64,000 nucleotides of DNA, from NCBI RefSeq assembly GCF_006345805.1, contig NC_043004.1, positions 79,856,001-79,920,000 of the forward strand. The letters are read 5' to 3'. Below the pieces are notes generated by a model. That model saw only the letters and a program-made list of their open reading frames with translations. It was not told the DNA's origin and did no database searches. Below are positions 50,136 through 63,355 of this stretch, in pieces (position 1 is the first letter of the stretch; each line of letters begins with the position of its first letter). This DNA comes from Octopus sinensis (lineage: Eukaryota). A program made the translations under genes and the position numbers.

Positions 50136-51942
50136 AGTCTGTGTGTGTGTGTGGCCTAGTGGTTAGGTTATTCACCTCACAATTGTAAGGTCGTGGTTTC
50201 AATCGTGTCCCTATGCTATGCAGTTCATATCATGCTGTACCAGTCATGCCACCAGCACCAGTGAGGTTACCATGCAGCTTGTATGACTACAAACCCTCAG
50301 GGAAGAAGATTTATATTAGGAAATGAGAGATTGAAGTATGAGAAAAGGGCCACATTAGAACAAGTTTCTTGTTGTAGAGGAGCTACATAGCTATTCAGAG
50401 AAAGAGGGAGTCTGTTCAATATTCTAGTGGCCATTCTTGCTGATTGTCAGAAAACATCAGGGTGTGATGGAGGGGACACATAGATACAAAGACACACACA
50501 TAGATATATATTCAATGACCAACAAGCTTCCACCCAGCTTCCATGTACCAAATTCTCTCACAATACACTGGTTGGCCTAGGGCTATTGTAGAAGACAGTG
50601 GCCCAAGGTATCACACAGTGGTTCTAAAGAAAGCTTCTTTCCCTCACAGCCATGCCAGCACCTACAAATTATACCAGTTCTTTGTTCCTAATTTGGTCCA
50701 CTCAATTTTTGCAACCAATAAAGTCTGGCACCAGATCAGATCTTCAACCAATCATATTTTGCTAATTATTCCTGTCTTGTTATCTGTCTTTGACTTGATG
50801 ATTGTTTTCTTTTTGCTTTTACTTTTTGATTGCAATGATTTTTGGTTTGTTTTGTATTTCTTTTTTTTTTTTTAAAGTTTTCTCATTTTTGTCTCGGGGA
50901 GAAAAATATGCAAATTAGTTGTTTTCATTTAAATTGTAGATTAAAAGATTATTATAAACTTCTGATTTGAATTGTTTATGCTGAAAGGTGGTCTTGGCCC
51001 ATTCTAATTAAACTAAGCAGACATGGAATAACTACATGAATGTGGTATTACGCTACCAACTCATAGGTATTAAGTTCAATTCCAGTACAGGTGTTTCATT
51101 GGGAATTTGACTGCTATAGTTATGGGCATGGCTGTGTAGGTAAGAACACCACCTGAAAACCATATTGCTTCAAGTTCAATCTCACTCCATGGCACCTTGG
51201 CTAAGTGTCTTCTACATTAGCCTTAAGCTAACCAATTCCTTGTCAATGGATCTATCAGGAAAGACATTCTATTCATGACCAACCTGTTGTTTTTTTTTTG
51301 GTGGGGGGAGCGGTTTTATATAGTTTACTCAGATTACATTGCTCAATATTTTCTTCCCTCTTTTGTAAAGACATTACACAGTGATCTAAGAGAGATCTCG
51401 TATCTCCTAGCAGTTCAATCAACCATGTAGACACACCCTCATTAGTTCATTTAAGTACCCACAGTGCATCAGTTCTCACAATGTGGGTACCTCAACACAC
51501 ACACATTTGTGTACATATACCTACATATTCTTTCATTCACACACGAACAATCTTGTGTCCCCTTTATGGTAGACTTAGATGAGAGCTGATTTGTATCATA
51601 AGCAATAAGCATCAATGAGAAAACCCCCCCAAAAAATTCTACTTTCAAATGAAGGTCTTTGAATTGGGTTCCAAACAACTCCTTGTCCCTCTCACCATTG
51701 TAAATGCCATGAACCAATGATTGGTCCATCAGAAACCCGTTACCAATGAGTGATTATCTGTAAATTGCAACAGAAAATAAATATAAAGAAAGAAATGGAA
51801 TAACTAATACACTGCCAGTTGTTTCCAAACTCTGTGAAAATGGTAAAATTGATATTAAACCCATGATGGTGATGATGGATCGAATGAGTCACTCATTAAT
51901 GAATGAATGAATGTCTGTCATGTCACAACAATGGTATCATCG

Positions 51943-51949
<7 letters not shown>

Positions 51950-51985
<36 letters not shown>

Positions 51986-52328
51986 TGTTGTTGTTGATAC
52001 TGTTACTATTCACTATTTTGCTCTGGAGATTTTCAACTCATGAAAGAAATTGTATACATTTGTTGCTGTTGTTGTTATTGATGGTGATTAGTGCGATGAT
52101 GGTGGTGGAGGTGGCAGTGGTCACAGCAGTGACAGTGACCATCATCACCACTACTACTACTATCATCACCACCACATAATCACAATCATCTTCCTCATCA
52201 CCACCACCACCACCATCACCACCACCATCACCATCACCACCACCATCACCACCACCATTATCAGCAGTAGTTTTAGCTGCTGCATTATTGAGATTACATC
52301 AAAAAAAATTTGCAGTAATTATTCATTT

Positions 52329-52359
<31 letters not shown>

Positions 52360-52400
52360 TATAATTCTAATCCTCATCATTGTTATAATCATCATCATCA
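51950..52400. repeat. Compound trinucleotide repeats (ATT, GGT, CAC, CAT)
   Basis: Direct reading. Confidence 0.9.
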
Positions 52401-52509
52401 CCACCCGTAATCCCTTAGGCAACAATAGAGCAAACTCGATGTTGTAATTACAGGATACCAGAGAGAGTTCTGTGATGGCCATTGTTAATGTTTTCCCTCA
52501 TCTAAGATG

Positions 52510-52694
52510 GCAAGTTGGCAAAACTGTTAGCATGCTGGACAAAATGCATATTAGCATTCCGTCTGTCTTTACATTCTGAGTTCAAATCCCCTCAAGGTCA
52601 CCTTTGCCTTTCAACCTTTCATGAGTTGATGAAATAAGTACCAGTTGATTTACTCCCTGCCCGAAATTGTTGGCCTTGGGCCAAAAATTTTAAA

Positions 52695-52732
<38 letters not shown>

Positions 52733-53215
52733 TATTAAAGTGGTGAGCTGGCAGAATCGTTAGCACACTGGATGAAATGCTTAGCAGTATTTCGTCTGCC
52801 GCTACATTCTGAGTTCAAATTCTGCCGAGGTCAACTTTACCTTTCATTCTTTTGGCATTGATAAATTAAGTACCAGTGAAACACTGGGGTCGATGTAATC
52901 GACTAGCTCCCTCTTCCCAAATTCCAGGCCTTGTGCCTTCTGTAGAAAGGAATAATATTATTATTAGGCAGCGAGCTGGCAGACTCATATCATCATCAAG
53001 CCAATGAGCTGGAAGATTGTTAGCACACAGGACAAAATGCTTTGTGGCATTCTATCTGTCTTTACATTCTGAGCTCAAGTTCTGCTGTTTGACTTTGCCT
53101 TTCACTCTTTTGGAGTTGATGAAATTAGTACCAGTTATGCACTGGGGTTGATATAACCAACTGAACACCACCTCCCCCAAAATTTCAAGTCTTGTTCCTA
53201 TTAGTAGAAAAGATT
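52510..53215 (+). mobile_element. Array of three family B SINEs
   Basis: Three heads at about 52510, 52738 and 52965, separated by (ATT)n. Confidence 0.82.
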
Positions 53216-53229
53216 CATGATACCATTGT

Positions 53230-53480
53230 TTAGAAGACAACCCCTCAAGCCAAGTGAAATTGTAGTCGTGACTGATACTAGTGTCACACAAATGGCACCC
53301 ATGCTTGTGACACATAAAAGCACTCATTTCACTCTTGGAATGGTCAGTGTTAGGAAGGGCATCCAGCCGTAGAAAACCATGCCAAATCAGACTGAAGTCT
53401 GCTGCACCCCTTCAGCTTGCCAGCCCTGGTCAAACTGTCCAACCCATGCCAGCATGGACAATGGACATTAAAAAAAGATG
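53230..53480 (+). mobile_element. Family O element
   Basis: aggaagggcatccagccgtagaa...ccaacccatgccagcatgga. Confidence 0.8.
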
Positions 53481-54584
53481 ATGGTTACTATATTCTCACC
53501 TTCTTTCTCTCTTTCTCTGCATGCATTTTCCCTCCCCCTCACACACTTTTTCCTTTTCACTTTCATACACACACATCCCTCCCCTGCTCGTCTCCTCTCC
53601 ATTAACCCCCCTCCCCCTCTTCCTCTTCACCCCCTACTCTGACATCCTTAAACACTTCACAATCCCACTGCATCACAAATGCACTCAGCATCTCACATGT
53701 GTGCATTTTAATGTTTTATGCCAAGATGCCTGTTCACATGCACTTACATGTGAATAACTGTTCAAGCATGCACATGTATACATCCTTTGCTTCATCAACA
53801 TACATGTAGAATATATACACAAGCAAATATTAACACAGAGATATATCTATATACAGATAAATTCCATACAAACATGAAGAATGAAAAGTTTTGATGCTAA
53901 ATTTGCTTTAAGAAATTAGAATAACTCCAAATTCTTCAGCTAAACTGCATCATTTACAACTGCTCTTCCGATTCTAAGGTAACAGTTGGCACAGTTCTTT
54001 GTTCAGTGGCAGTGTGACAGATATTTTTTCCACTTCCTTTAGCAGAAAATGTAAACAGGTAGAGAGAAAATCTTGTACGGTGGCGGTGGAGGAGGATGAA
54101 TGTTGTGCAAGAGAAAGAAAGCCGGAACATTTTAAAAAGGAACAAAGAATTTGATCAAATACATGTCGTTAGTGATTGTAAAAGAGGAGGTGAAAAATCA
54201 GAAAGTACTACCTTGCATAAATGTGGGAAATGGTAAAGGAAAAAATAAAAAATAAAATGTTGCTAGAATTTGAAACCTACATAGAAAACAGAAGAATACC
54301 ATTGGTATAGTGCGTGTGTTTGTGGGCGTTTTGATAAATCTTAGGGAAAAAATTTCTTTTTTTTATTTTATCTCTGAAAGAATTTTTTTTTATTATGCAA
54401 CATTAATTAGCTTTTCTCAATTAATTAAGTACATTTCTTCACTTAAAAGGTGTTAGTGTGCCACTGCCAAAGAGTGTTAACAATGGTGTACAAGAAAGCG
54501 GTGGTGTTGTTGCTGGTCTGGTTCTTTCTAGTTATTTCTCTCATGAAAAGAGCCTCTACTGTTTCCACATAAATAAGACCCATG

Positions 54585-54830
54585 TTGGGACCACATAAGA
54601 GGCACCTATGGTGGCACCACATAAAAACCATCTGTACTGATTCCGCATAAAAAGCACCTGTGTTGGTGCTACATAAAAAGCACCCATGCTGGCATCACGT
54701 ACAAAGCACCTGTGCTGGTACCACATACAAAGCATATTTACTGGCACCAGATACAAAGCATATGTACTGGTTCCACATAGGAAGCTCTTGTGCTGCTTCC
54801 ACATAAAAAGCACCCAATACACTCCATAAA
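54585..54830 (+). repeat. About 24-25-bp minisatellite (about 10 units) derived from the family O internal motif; element continues to about 54975
   Basis: Units like tgctggcaccacataaaaagcacc. Confidence 0.8.
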
Positions 54831-55479
54831 GTGATTGGCATTGGGAAGGGCATCCAGCCATAGAAACCATGCCAAAACAGACAATTAGAGCCAGGCGCTG
54901 TTCTCCAGCATGCTAGCTCCTTGTCAAATCATCCAACTCATGCCACTATGAAAAACGGATATTAAATGATAATGGTAATATACAACAGGCTTCTTTCAGT
55001 TTCCATCTACCAGCTCCACTCACAAAGCTTTGGTTAACCCAAGGCTATAGTAGAAGACACTTGCCCAAGGTTCCACACAGTGGGACTGGATGGGAAGCAA
55101 GCTTCTTGTCACACAGCCATTTCCTTGTTTGTAAACAATTGGCTCAAAAACATACTTTGTGATGAACTTAAATAATGTAGATTATGTTTTATAATTATCT
55201 TTGGTAATAAAATTCTCTCACTCTGTAGAATTCTTGAGAGTGAGACTAATTGGATTCTGGCCGTGATGTGAAATATCTAATACCTATCTAAATATAGAAT
55301 TCACATAACTATTTACTTTGGTGGAACATCTGTAGCCGAATGATGCTTAAGAACGAGTTTCATATACACTTCTTTCAAAATTCTGACTCTGTCTTTGGAA
55401 ACATGTTGACTATGTAAAATATCACAGAAAGAAACCAAACTGTTTTTTTGTATTACTACATCAAGCATGATCGTTACCG

Positions 55480-55805
55480 CGTCGCCTTACTAGCACTTGT
55501 GCTGGTGGCATGTGAAATATTCGAGCGAGGTCGTCGTCAGTGCCGCTGGACTGGCTCCTCTGCAGGTGGAACGTAGAAAGCACCATTTGGGCATGGCCGT
55601 TGCCAGTACCACCAAACTGACCCTCGTGCCGGTGGCACGTAAAGTCACCTACTACACTCTTGGAGTGGTTGGTGTTTGGAAGGGCATCCAGCTGTAGAAA
55701 CTCTGCCAGATCAAGATTGGAGCCTGGTTCGCCAGACCTCAGTCAAATCGTCCAACCCATGCTAACATGGAAAGTGGACGTTAAATAATGATGATGATGA
55801 TGATG
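55480..55805 (+). mobile_element. Family O element
   Basis: gtgccggtggcacgtaaag...ggacgttaaataat(gat)n. Confidence 0.85.
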
Positions 55806-57279
55806 ACATCTGTAGCAACATGTTTTTTATGGACCCTTAAAATACTGCAGTAGATCCCAATTTCTTAATTTGCTTGTATGGACCCTGCAAAATCGTAAAT
55901 GGACCCCAGTTGAGAACCACTGTAGCAGACTTTCAGTCTGAATTCTTTGCTTGTGTTGTTTCATTATTGCATTGTTCTCGGTTAAAAAAAATGCTGAGGT
56001 AGAGTTTATCTTTGCACTTCACTGAGATCAATAAAATAAGTACAAATGCTGCAATTAATTCTATCAATTATCTCCCACCCTTGTTAGAAATTGGCCCCGT
56101 GCCTAATTAAAGTAAACCAATATTAATCTGGCTCTTGTATTTCCAGAGATGATTTAACAATGCTTATTAATTATTCCATTATTTTCAATTTGCCTATTTT
56201 CTATTCTGGCATATCAAAGTCTGGTTTTCAATGTGTCTGTTATTAATTCAACCGATAAAATAGTGAAGTTTTTCACACCAATTCCTTACCAACAGTTCTA
56301 CATATCTAAGATTACTTTATTAATGCAGTATGAAATAAATTAATGTTCTTGTGTTATGCAGGCTGCTGATATAGTTACGCTTTCATGTCTCTGAGGAAAC
56401 GCAGTCTCATTATGGTAAATTATAGGAGAGAAGCTTTCCAAAATAATTTTTCATTATTATTTTTTTTTTTTTCGCGAGATCAATGGAACGAAAACAATTG
56501 TTTGTGAAAAACTATAACAACAAACAAGGAGTAAGCTTTTATTTCTTAATGTTTGTTGCAACAAGTTACATCAATCTTGTTTTGGTTCCTTTCGGTCTGG
56601 CTAACATTCTCAACAAAGCCACACCATAAACAATGGAATGATTAAGTCCTTTTGATTTTTTTTTTCTCCCCCAGTATCATGGCAGATAAAGAGCCCATAA
56701 CTTAAGAATTCCTGAGAATGAAAGTCTTATATATATGGATAGAAAGGTAGATAGATAACGGCAGTTCTTTTTTGTAAATATTAAATCATTACTTGGTAGA
56801 ATAAGTTTGTTTTTTGGGGAGTGGGGGCGGGGATCACCATCAATAAAATCTGCTCAGTTGGTAAAAAGGGAGATAATGAGAATAAAAAGAGAGTTAAAGG
56901 AATTGGAAATTTTAAAGAAATTTAGTTTTTATTTTATATATTTTTAAAATATATTTATTTGTTGATGTTTGATTGAGTAATGTGAACTTAATGCAAAAAA
57001 AAAATAAAAATGGAAAAGTGAAAAATCTACTTCCTTTCTGGAGTTGATAGGCTGAATTAATGGTAAACTTAAGTTCTCTCTCTAAAAGCAGTAAAATTCA
57101 AAGAAAAAAAAAGAAAGAATTAAGGGAAAGAATAAGAAAGTGCCATTACTGAAGAATATTTTTGGCATCTATATGGAGTAACATATTCAGTCTTTATAAT
57201 TACATAAAAAGGTTTTCTGAATCAAAAGCTAAAAATTAAATAAACATTAATAACTTATCAAGTGTTAATAGACATATAT

Positions 57280-57302
57280 ACATATATATATATGTGTGTG
57301 TT

Positions 57303-57351
<49 letters not shown>

Positions 57352-57352
57352 T

Positions 57353-57423
<71 letters not shown>

Positions 57424-57665
57424 ATTTATATATATGTATATATATGTGTGTGTGTGTTTATATATATATATGTGTGTGTGTGTTTATATATATATGTATA
57501 TATATGTGTTTATATGTATATATATGTGTTTATATATATATGTGTGTGTGTGTTTATATATATATGTATATATATGTGTTTATATGTATATATATGTGTT
57601 TATATATATGTATATATGTGTGTTTATATATATGTATATATGTGTGTGTTTATATATATATATGT
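57280..57665. repeat. Compound (TA)/(TG) microsatellite
   Basis: Direct reading. Confidence 0.95.
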
Positions 57666-58084
57666 GCATATTTTTTAAATTTTAATTAGTATGGTGGAAT
57701 TTTTTCTATAGAAATATGGAAACTTTAATTATATTTGACACTTTTTTCCTGATTTATTTTTAAAATTTGTTTACTTCACTTTTTCATCATTTTCTTTTCT
57801 CTCCTTTTTACTCCATCTTTAATGAAAAATTCTTTTTTTTTTTGTTTCGTTAGACATTTTTCTTCCAATATCATGAAAATATTGTTTATTTTCTTTTCTT
57901 TCCCCAAAGATTAAATATAAGTATGAACCGTTTTCTCTCTTAATTTTACATTCCTTCTTCATAGACATCAATCTCTCCTCTCTCTCTTTTTGTTTATTTT
58001 GACCCTTTTATTTCACAGTCAAATGGAATCTCAACAGATTTAACAAAATAACTATATTAGTTTACGATGCCTTTCAAACACATT

Positions 58085-58412
58085 AGATGTAACTGGTGCT
58101 CCACCGGTTATGAAACAATGAGAGTTCCTGTTGATCTGATCGACAGAACAACCTGTGATATTAACATGCAACTGGCTGAGTACTCCACAGACATGCATAC
58201 TCTTAACATACTTACCAGGGAGATTCAGTGTGACACAGAATGTAACAAGGCTGACTCTTTGAACTACTGGTACTACTCACTTTTGCCAGCTGAGTGAACT
58301 GGAGCAACGTGAAATAAAGTGTCTTGCTCAAGGACATAACACAGTGCTGGGAATTGAACTCACGATCTTAGGCTCATGAGCCAAATTCCCCAACTACTGA
58401 GCCATGTGCCTT
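58085..58412 (-). mobile_element. Family C SINE
   Basis: Diverged homolog of 32212-32544. Confidence 0.82.
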
Positions 58413-59059
58413 CACACATTAAATATTTATACCTAGGGAGACCCACCACCATCAGAAAAAATGTTTTGCAGTATTACTTCTGGGTTTTGGTGTGTGGAGT
58501 TCAAATCCTGGCAAGATCAACTACTGGCTGTAGAAAATCTGTCTCAATAGGCTTCATCTGGCCCATGGAAGGATAGAAAATGTGGACATTAAATGATGAT
58601 GATAATGCTTTTGTGTGTGTTGATGTAATGCTAGAATTATATAAAAATGGCATAATTCAACAATTCAATAAAATATTTGGTTTGTTCTGAACCTTTGGAG
58701 TTTTAAGGCAGGAGCTTAAATGGGTTTCTGTGGCATGTAAAGGACTAAGATCACAACACCATCTTCTGAATGGGATGCTGGTCTGTTGCAGAGTTATTTA
58801 TTTACAGCAGGATGGACTGGAATAACATGAAATAAAATGTTTTACTCAATAGCACTGCACTGCCAGATCTAGGGATTGAAACTATGATTTTAAGATGAAT
58901 CTTTGTGCAACACCTTAACCACTAAGCCCCGCACTCTCATTTTCTATAAAGTGTGGATAAAAAAACCCTAAATTAAAAGTAGTTGTGGGCTGGAATGACC
59001 AACGAAGAACCTCATTAGTGGTGCCCCAGCATGGCCACATTCTAATGATTGAAACTAAT

Positions 59060-59395
59060 ATACAAATAGTAACTCACACATCCTCACTCACTCACTCTTT
59101 ACTCCCTCACTCAAACACTCACTCACCCTTCACCGTTCACTCACTCATCACTCACTCATCACTTACTCATCACTCACTCATCACTCACACTTCATTCACT
59201 CACTCACTCTTCGCTCATTCACTCACTCTTCACTCACTCACTCACCCTTCACTCACTCACTCACCCTTCGTTCACTCACCCTTCACTCACTCACTCACCC
59301 TTCATTCACTCACTCTTCACTCACTCACTCACTCGCTCACTCACCCTTCATTCACTCACCCTTCACTCCCTCAAACTAATGCACTCAAACACTCA
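59060..59395. repeat. Degenerate (TCAC)n repeat
   Basis: Direct reading. Confidence 0.9.
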
Positions 59396-59639
59396 TAACT
59401 CAGTGACTCAAAAACCCTATTGTTGTTGTTCGTGTCCTGACAACCAACAAGAATTTCGTACTTATTGACCTTACTCTTACTGATTACATGATTAATTTGA
59501 TAGTATTTTTAGTCCCATTTAGGCCTCTACCCTTTTTTAAACAGTGCTCTTTTGGTCAAAACCAGTCCAACCATGTGGTGATATAGAATAATGGATTAAT
59601 TGAATTAAATAATAATAATGATAATAATAATAATAATAT

Positions 59640-60050
59640 GTTGCCTGATTCAATACCAGACAGTGAGTCTCATGGCTTCTGATCTTAACCAACTTCCCTT
59701 TGAGAAGTAGTGGGGGAGCATCATAGCCATGTGTTGAGAGGGATTCTTTGGTGTTTGAATAATTCACCCCTGGAAACATAGGTGTTTTGTTCAACATCCT
59801 TAACAACCCTTACTCAGGGACCTTTTGAACAGGATGGGCTACTTGACCTGAAGAAAATTCTAACTGGGCCCCACCTGCAAGGCTATGCACTGTTTATCTT
59901 GATATGAGATCACCATGTCGCGCACATATGGTTGTGATGCATGTGCCTGGTGTATCCTTATCACACTGGTAGTCATGATGGGTATACTGGGCTTCGTATA
60001 TTTTACCCCAGGGTCACTTTGATGGCTGGAACTGCTCTCTCACTCAATAA
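59640..60050 (+). mobile_element. Unclassified retroelement 3' fragment with AAT-type tail
   Basis: GC-richer block ending ctctctcactcaataatgataat; resemblance to a recalled octopus repeat. Confidence 0.4.
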
Positions 60051-60819
60051 TGATAATTCTTTTTAATTTTGGTCCAAGGCCAACAGTTTTTGAGAGGAAA
60101 GAAAAGTCATTTACATCAACTGCAATATTTGACTGATTCTTAATGAACATAATCGTTAGCACGCCGGACAAAATGCTTAGCGGCATTTCATCCATCTTTA
60201 TGTTCTGAGTTTGAATTCTACTGAGGTCAACCTTGCCTTTCATCCTTTTGGAGTCGATAAGATAAGCACCAGTTATAAACACTGGGGTTGATGTAATCAA
60301 CTTCACAATAATTGCTGGCCTGGCACCAAAGTTTGAGACCAATTTTATTGGTTCTAAAAGTTTGAAAAGCAAAGTTAACCTTGGTAGGATTTGGATTCAG
60401 AAAGTAAAATGCCAAAATTTGTTGACTGATTCCACCCATTCGTCTTCCCATGACCTTGCAGAGTTCTCAGTAAGTTATAAACGAGTGAATGAGCCACGTT
60501 TTAGATTAGTCATCGTCCAAGCCTTTATGAAGAGACACACATTCTTGAGTCGTCTTTTGTATTGCATCTACGTAATTGATACATCTTGAAAAACGAGGTC
60601 ATACAGGGTGCAACAAAAATACCTCCCACATTCAACATTCTTGATAAATGTTTTATTACCAAACTCAAGTTTTGCCCTAATTCAAACCATGATGGTAACT
60701 GAAAAAAAATCAGGGTAAAATATTAGCTATATGTAGATACCATTACCATTGCCTGACTTGTGCTACACAAATGACCATTTAGAATAAGGTTTCCTTGTCA
60801 TATCCTGTATGTTTATTTC

Positions 60820-61010
60820 TTTATTGCCTACAGGGGGCTAAACATAGAGGGGGGGACAAACAAGGACAGACAAAGGGATTAAGTAAATTAGATTGTTCCC
60901 AGTTCGCAACTGCTACTTATTTAATTAAGCCCAAAAGGATGAAAGACAATGTCGACCTCGGTGGAATTTGAACTCAGAACGTAAAGACAAACAAAATACT
61001 GCCAAAGACA
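60820..61010 (-). mobile_element. Family B SINE
   Basis: Reverse complement of family B. Confidence 0.8.
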
Positions 61011-61072
61011 GATAATACTGACCAAAGCCTTGTGAGTGGATTTGGTAGAAAAAAACTGAAAGAAGCTCATAA

Positions 61073-61111
<39 letters not shown>

Positions 61112-62324
61112 CCCAAGCTCCACCACTTAACAAACGATGTTGGTGTGTTTACATCCCTATAACCTAGGGGTTCAGCAAAGAAACTGATAGAATAAGTACC
61201 AGGCTTGAAAGATGATAAATACTGAGGTGAATTTGTTTGATTGTAGTTCTTCAGGGCAGTGCTTCAGCATGGCCACAAAAATGAAATGATTAGACTGGAA
61301 CTGGATACATTGAGACCAGACATCCTTCATGTGGTTATCAATCTCTTTCTAAATATCTTAAGTTGCTCCTCGTATTTGAGTGAAAAGTCCAAACATAGAT
61401 GTTAGAGGCTTCAAGCAAGACAAAATAAATTCAAATTATCTCAAGAAAGATAGAAACCTGTTTGAGATTCTCTTCTCCATCTTACCCTTCTGTTTTTAAC
61501 CCCTAAAGCGTTGTGATTTGCACTAATATTAGCATGGACTGTTGAGCACATTTTATGAAAATGAGACTACCATACACACATAAAAAACAAAAAAATAGTT
61601 TAAATATTTTCTTAGTATATAATAGTGGCAAGTTTTACATCATCTGAAAAGTCATTAGTTGAACTAGTAGTCCTCTTGCATTCTGGGGGGTATCGGAGCG
61701 TTTGTGTAACATTAGACCCCAACAAACACCTATAAATTAAATGCAGCTATCTGGGCCACAGTTGTGACCTGTTGGCCTGTGCCTGATGACCACAATCGTG
61801 GCCCATCGTGCATTATGTGTTAAGTAAATTTCATGCTTGTTGAGATTCCTAAGACTTTTGTTTGAGACAAGGAAATAAGAAAAAAAACTTCTTTAAGAAA
61901 ATGCAATTCCGTAACATCCCTCCCTCCACTGATATTTCAGTTCATTTCTTTATTTCCTGTCTAACCTCTTGAGATAAGCAGATAACATAAGACACAATGA
62001 AATATATTAGCTATAAGCTATTTTCTCGATAATAGATGCCAAGTATAACCTAGCAGTGACATCAACAATTTCAAGAACAAAAAAACTGCTTCAATTCACT
62101 GCATTCTAAATTTCTTCATGGCTGTGTGCGTGTGTGTCTCTCTGTGTGTGTGTGTACAATTTTGCTTTCCAGCCATATGATTCTGGGTTCAGTCCTGCTG
62201 TATGGCACCTTGCATAGGTGCTCTTTCTTTCTCCAACTAAGAGGTAAAAATTTCAATTAGGAATTTTATTTTAAACAGCTTTCAGTAATCATGCATTAAT
62301 TTATTAATATGCAGGATATGACAA

Positions 62325-62925
62325 TAAGGCAGCAGGCTGGCAGAATCATTAGCACACCGGGCAAAATGCTTAGTGGTATTTCATCTGTTTTTACGTTCTG
62401 AGTTCAAATTCCGTCGAGGCCGACTTTGCTTTCGTTCTTTCGGGGTCGATTAAATAAGTACCAGTTATGCACTGGGGTTGATATAATCGACTTAATCCGT
62501 TTGTCTGTCTTTGTTTGTCCTCTCTGTGTTTAGCCCCTTGTGGGTAATAAAGAAATAGGTATTTCATCTGTCTTTACGTTCTGAGTTCAAATTCTGCCAA
62601 ATTCAGATTTGCCTTTCATCCTTTTGCAGTTGATAAATTAAGTACTAGTTGCGTACTGGGGTTGATCTAATCGACTGGCTCCCTTACCAACAATTTTGGG
62701 TCTTGTGCCGAGAGTAGAAAAGAATATTTTTAGGGTGGTGAGCTGGCAGAATTGTTAGCATGCTGGGTGAAATGCTTAGCGGTATTTTGTCTTTACATTC
62801 TGAGTTCAAATTCTGCTGAGGTCAGCTTTGCCTTTCATCCTTTCAGGGTTAATAAATTAAGTACCAGTTGCATACTGGGGTTGATCTAATTGAATGGCTC
62901 CCTCCCCCAAAATTTCAGGTCTCTT
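62325..62925 (+). mobile_element. Family B SINE dimer plus a third copy
   Basis: Same aaagaaata-ggtatt junction as at about 6255. Confidence 0.85.
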
Positions 62926-62954
62926 TCTTTGGTGTTTGGAATATAAATTAACAT

Positions 62955-63355
62955 TTCTTTTACTTATTTCAGTCATTTGACTGTGGCCATGCTGGAGCAC
63001 CACCTTTAGTAAAAAAAATCGACGCCAGGACTTATTCTTTGTATACCTAGTACTTATTCTATCGGTCTCTTTTGCGGAACTGCTAAGTTACATGGACGTA
63101 AATGCACCAGCATTGGTTGTCAAGTGATGGTGGGGGGACAAACACAGACACAAACAAATACACACATATTTACATACATATATATGTATGTATACACGAC
63201 GGGCTTCTTTCAGTTTCCGTCTACCAAATCCACTCACAAGGTTTTGGTCAGCCCTAGGCTACAGTAGAAGACACCTGCCCAAGGTGCCATACAGTGGGAC
63301 TGAACCTAGAACCTTGTGGTTGGTAAGCAAGCTACATACCACACCCCCACTCCTG
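62955..63355 (-). mobile_element. Family A SINE, full length
   Basis: Near consensus. Confidence 0.88.

Larger units (their letters stand above)
553..62220. mobile_element. Further partial family A and O copies (collective entry)
   Basis: Family A starting near 553, 4090, 5125, 7100, 8585, 11725, 13650, 14270, 21905, 28145, 33190, 35090, 36310, 36850, 39640, 41700, 45690, 47345, 50520, 51125, 54985, 61020, 62130. Family O starting near 6830, 18420, 23420, 24040, 27840, 30910, 34590, 36480, 36990, 39930, 41470, 48100, 58510. Confidence 0.7.

Noticed and set aside
54585-54830. CRISPR-like periodicity
   Set aside because: Degenerate tandem units without unique spacers, in a eukaryotic context
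61784-61805. CTGATGA followed by CCAC/GTGG stem, a hammerhead-like half
   Set aside because: No GAAA or stem III follows; better explained by the larger hairpin
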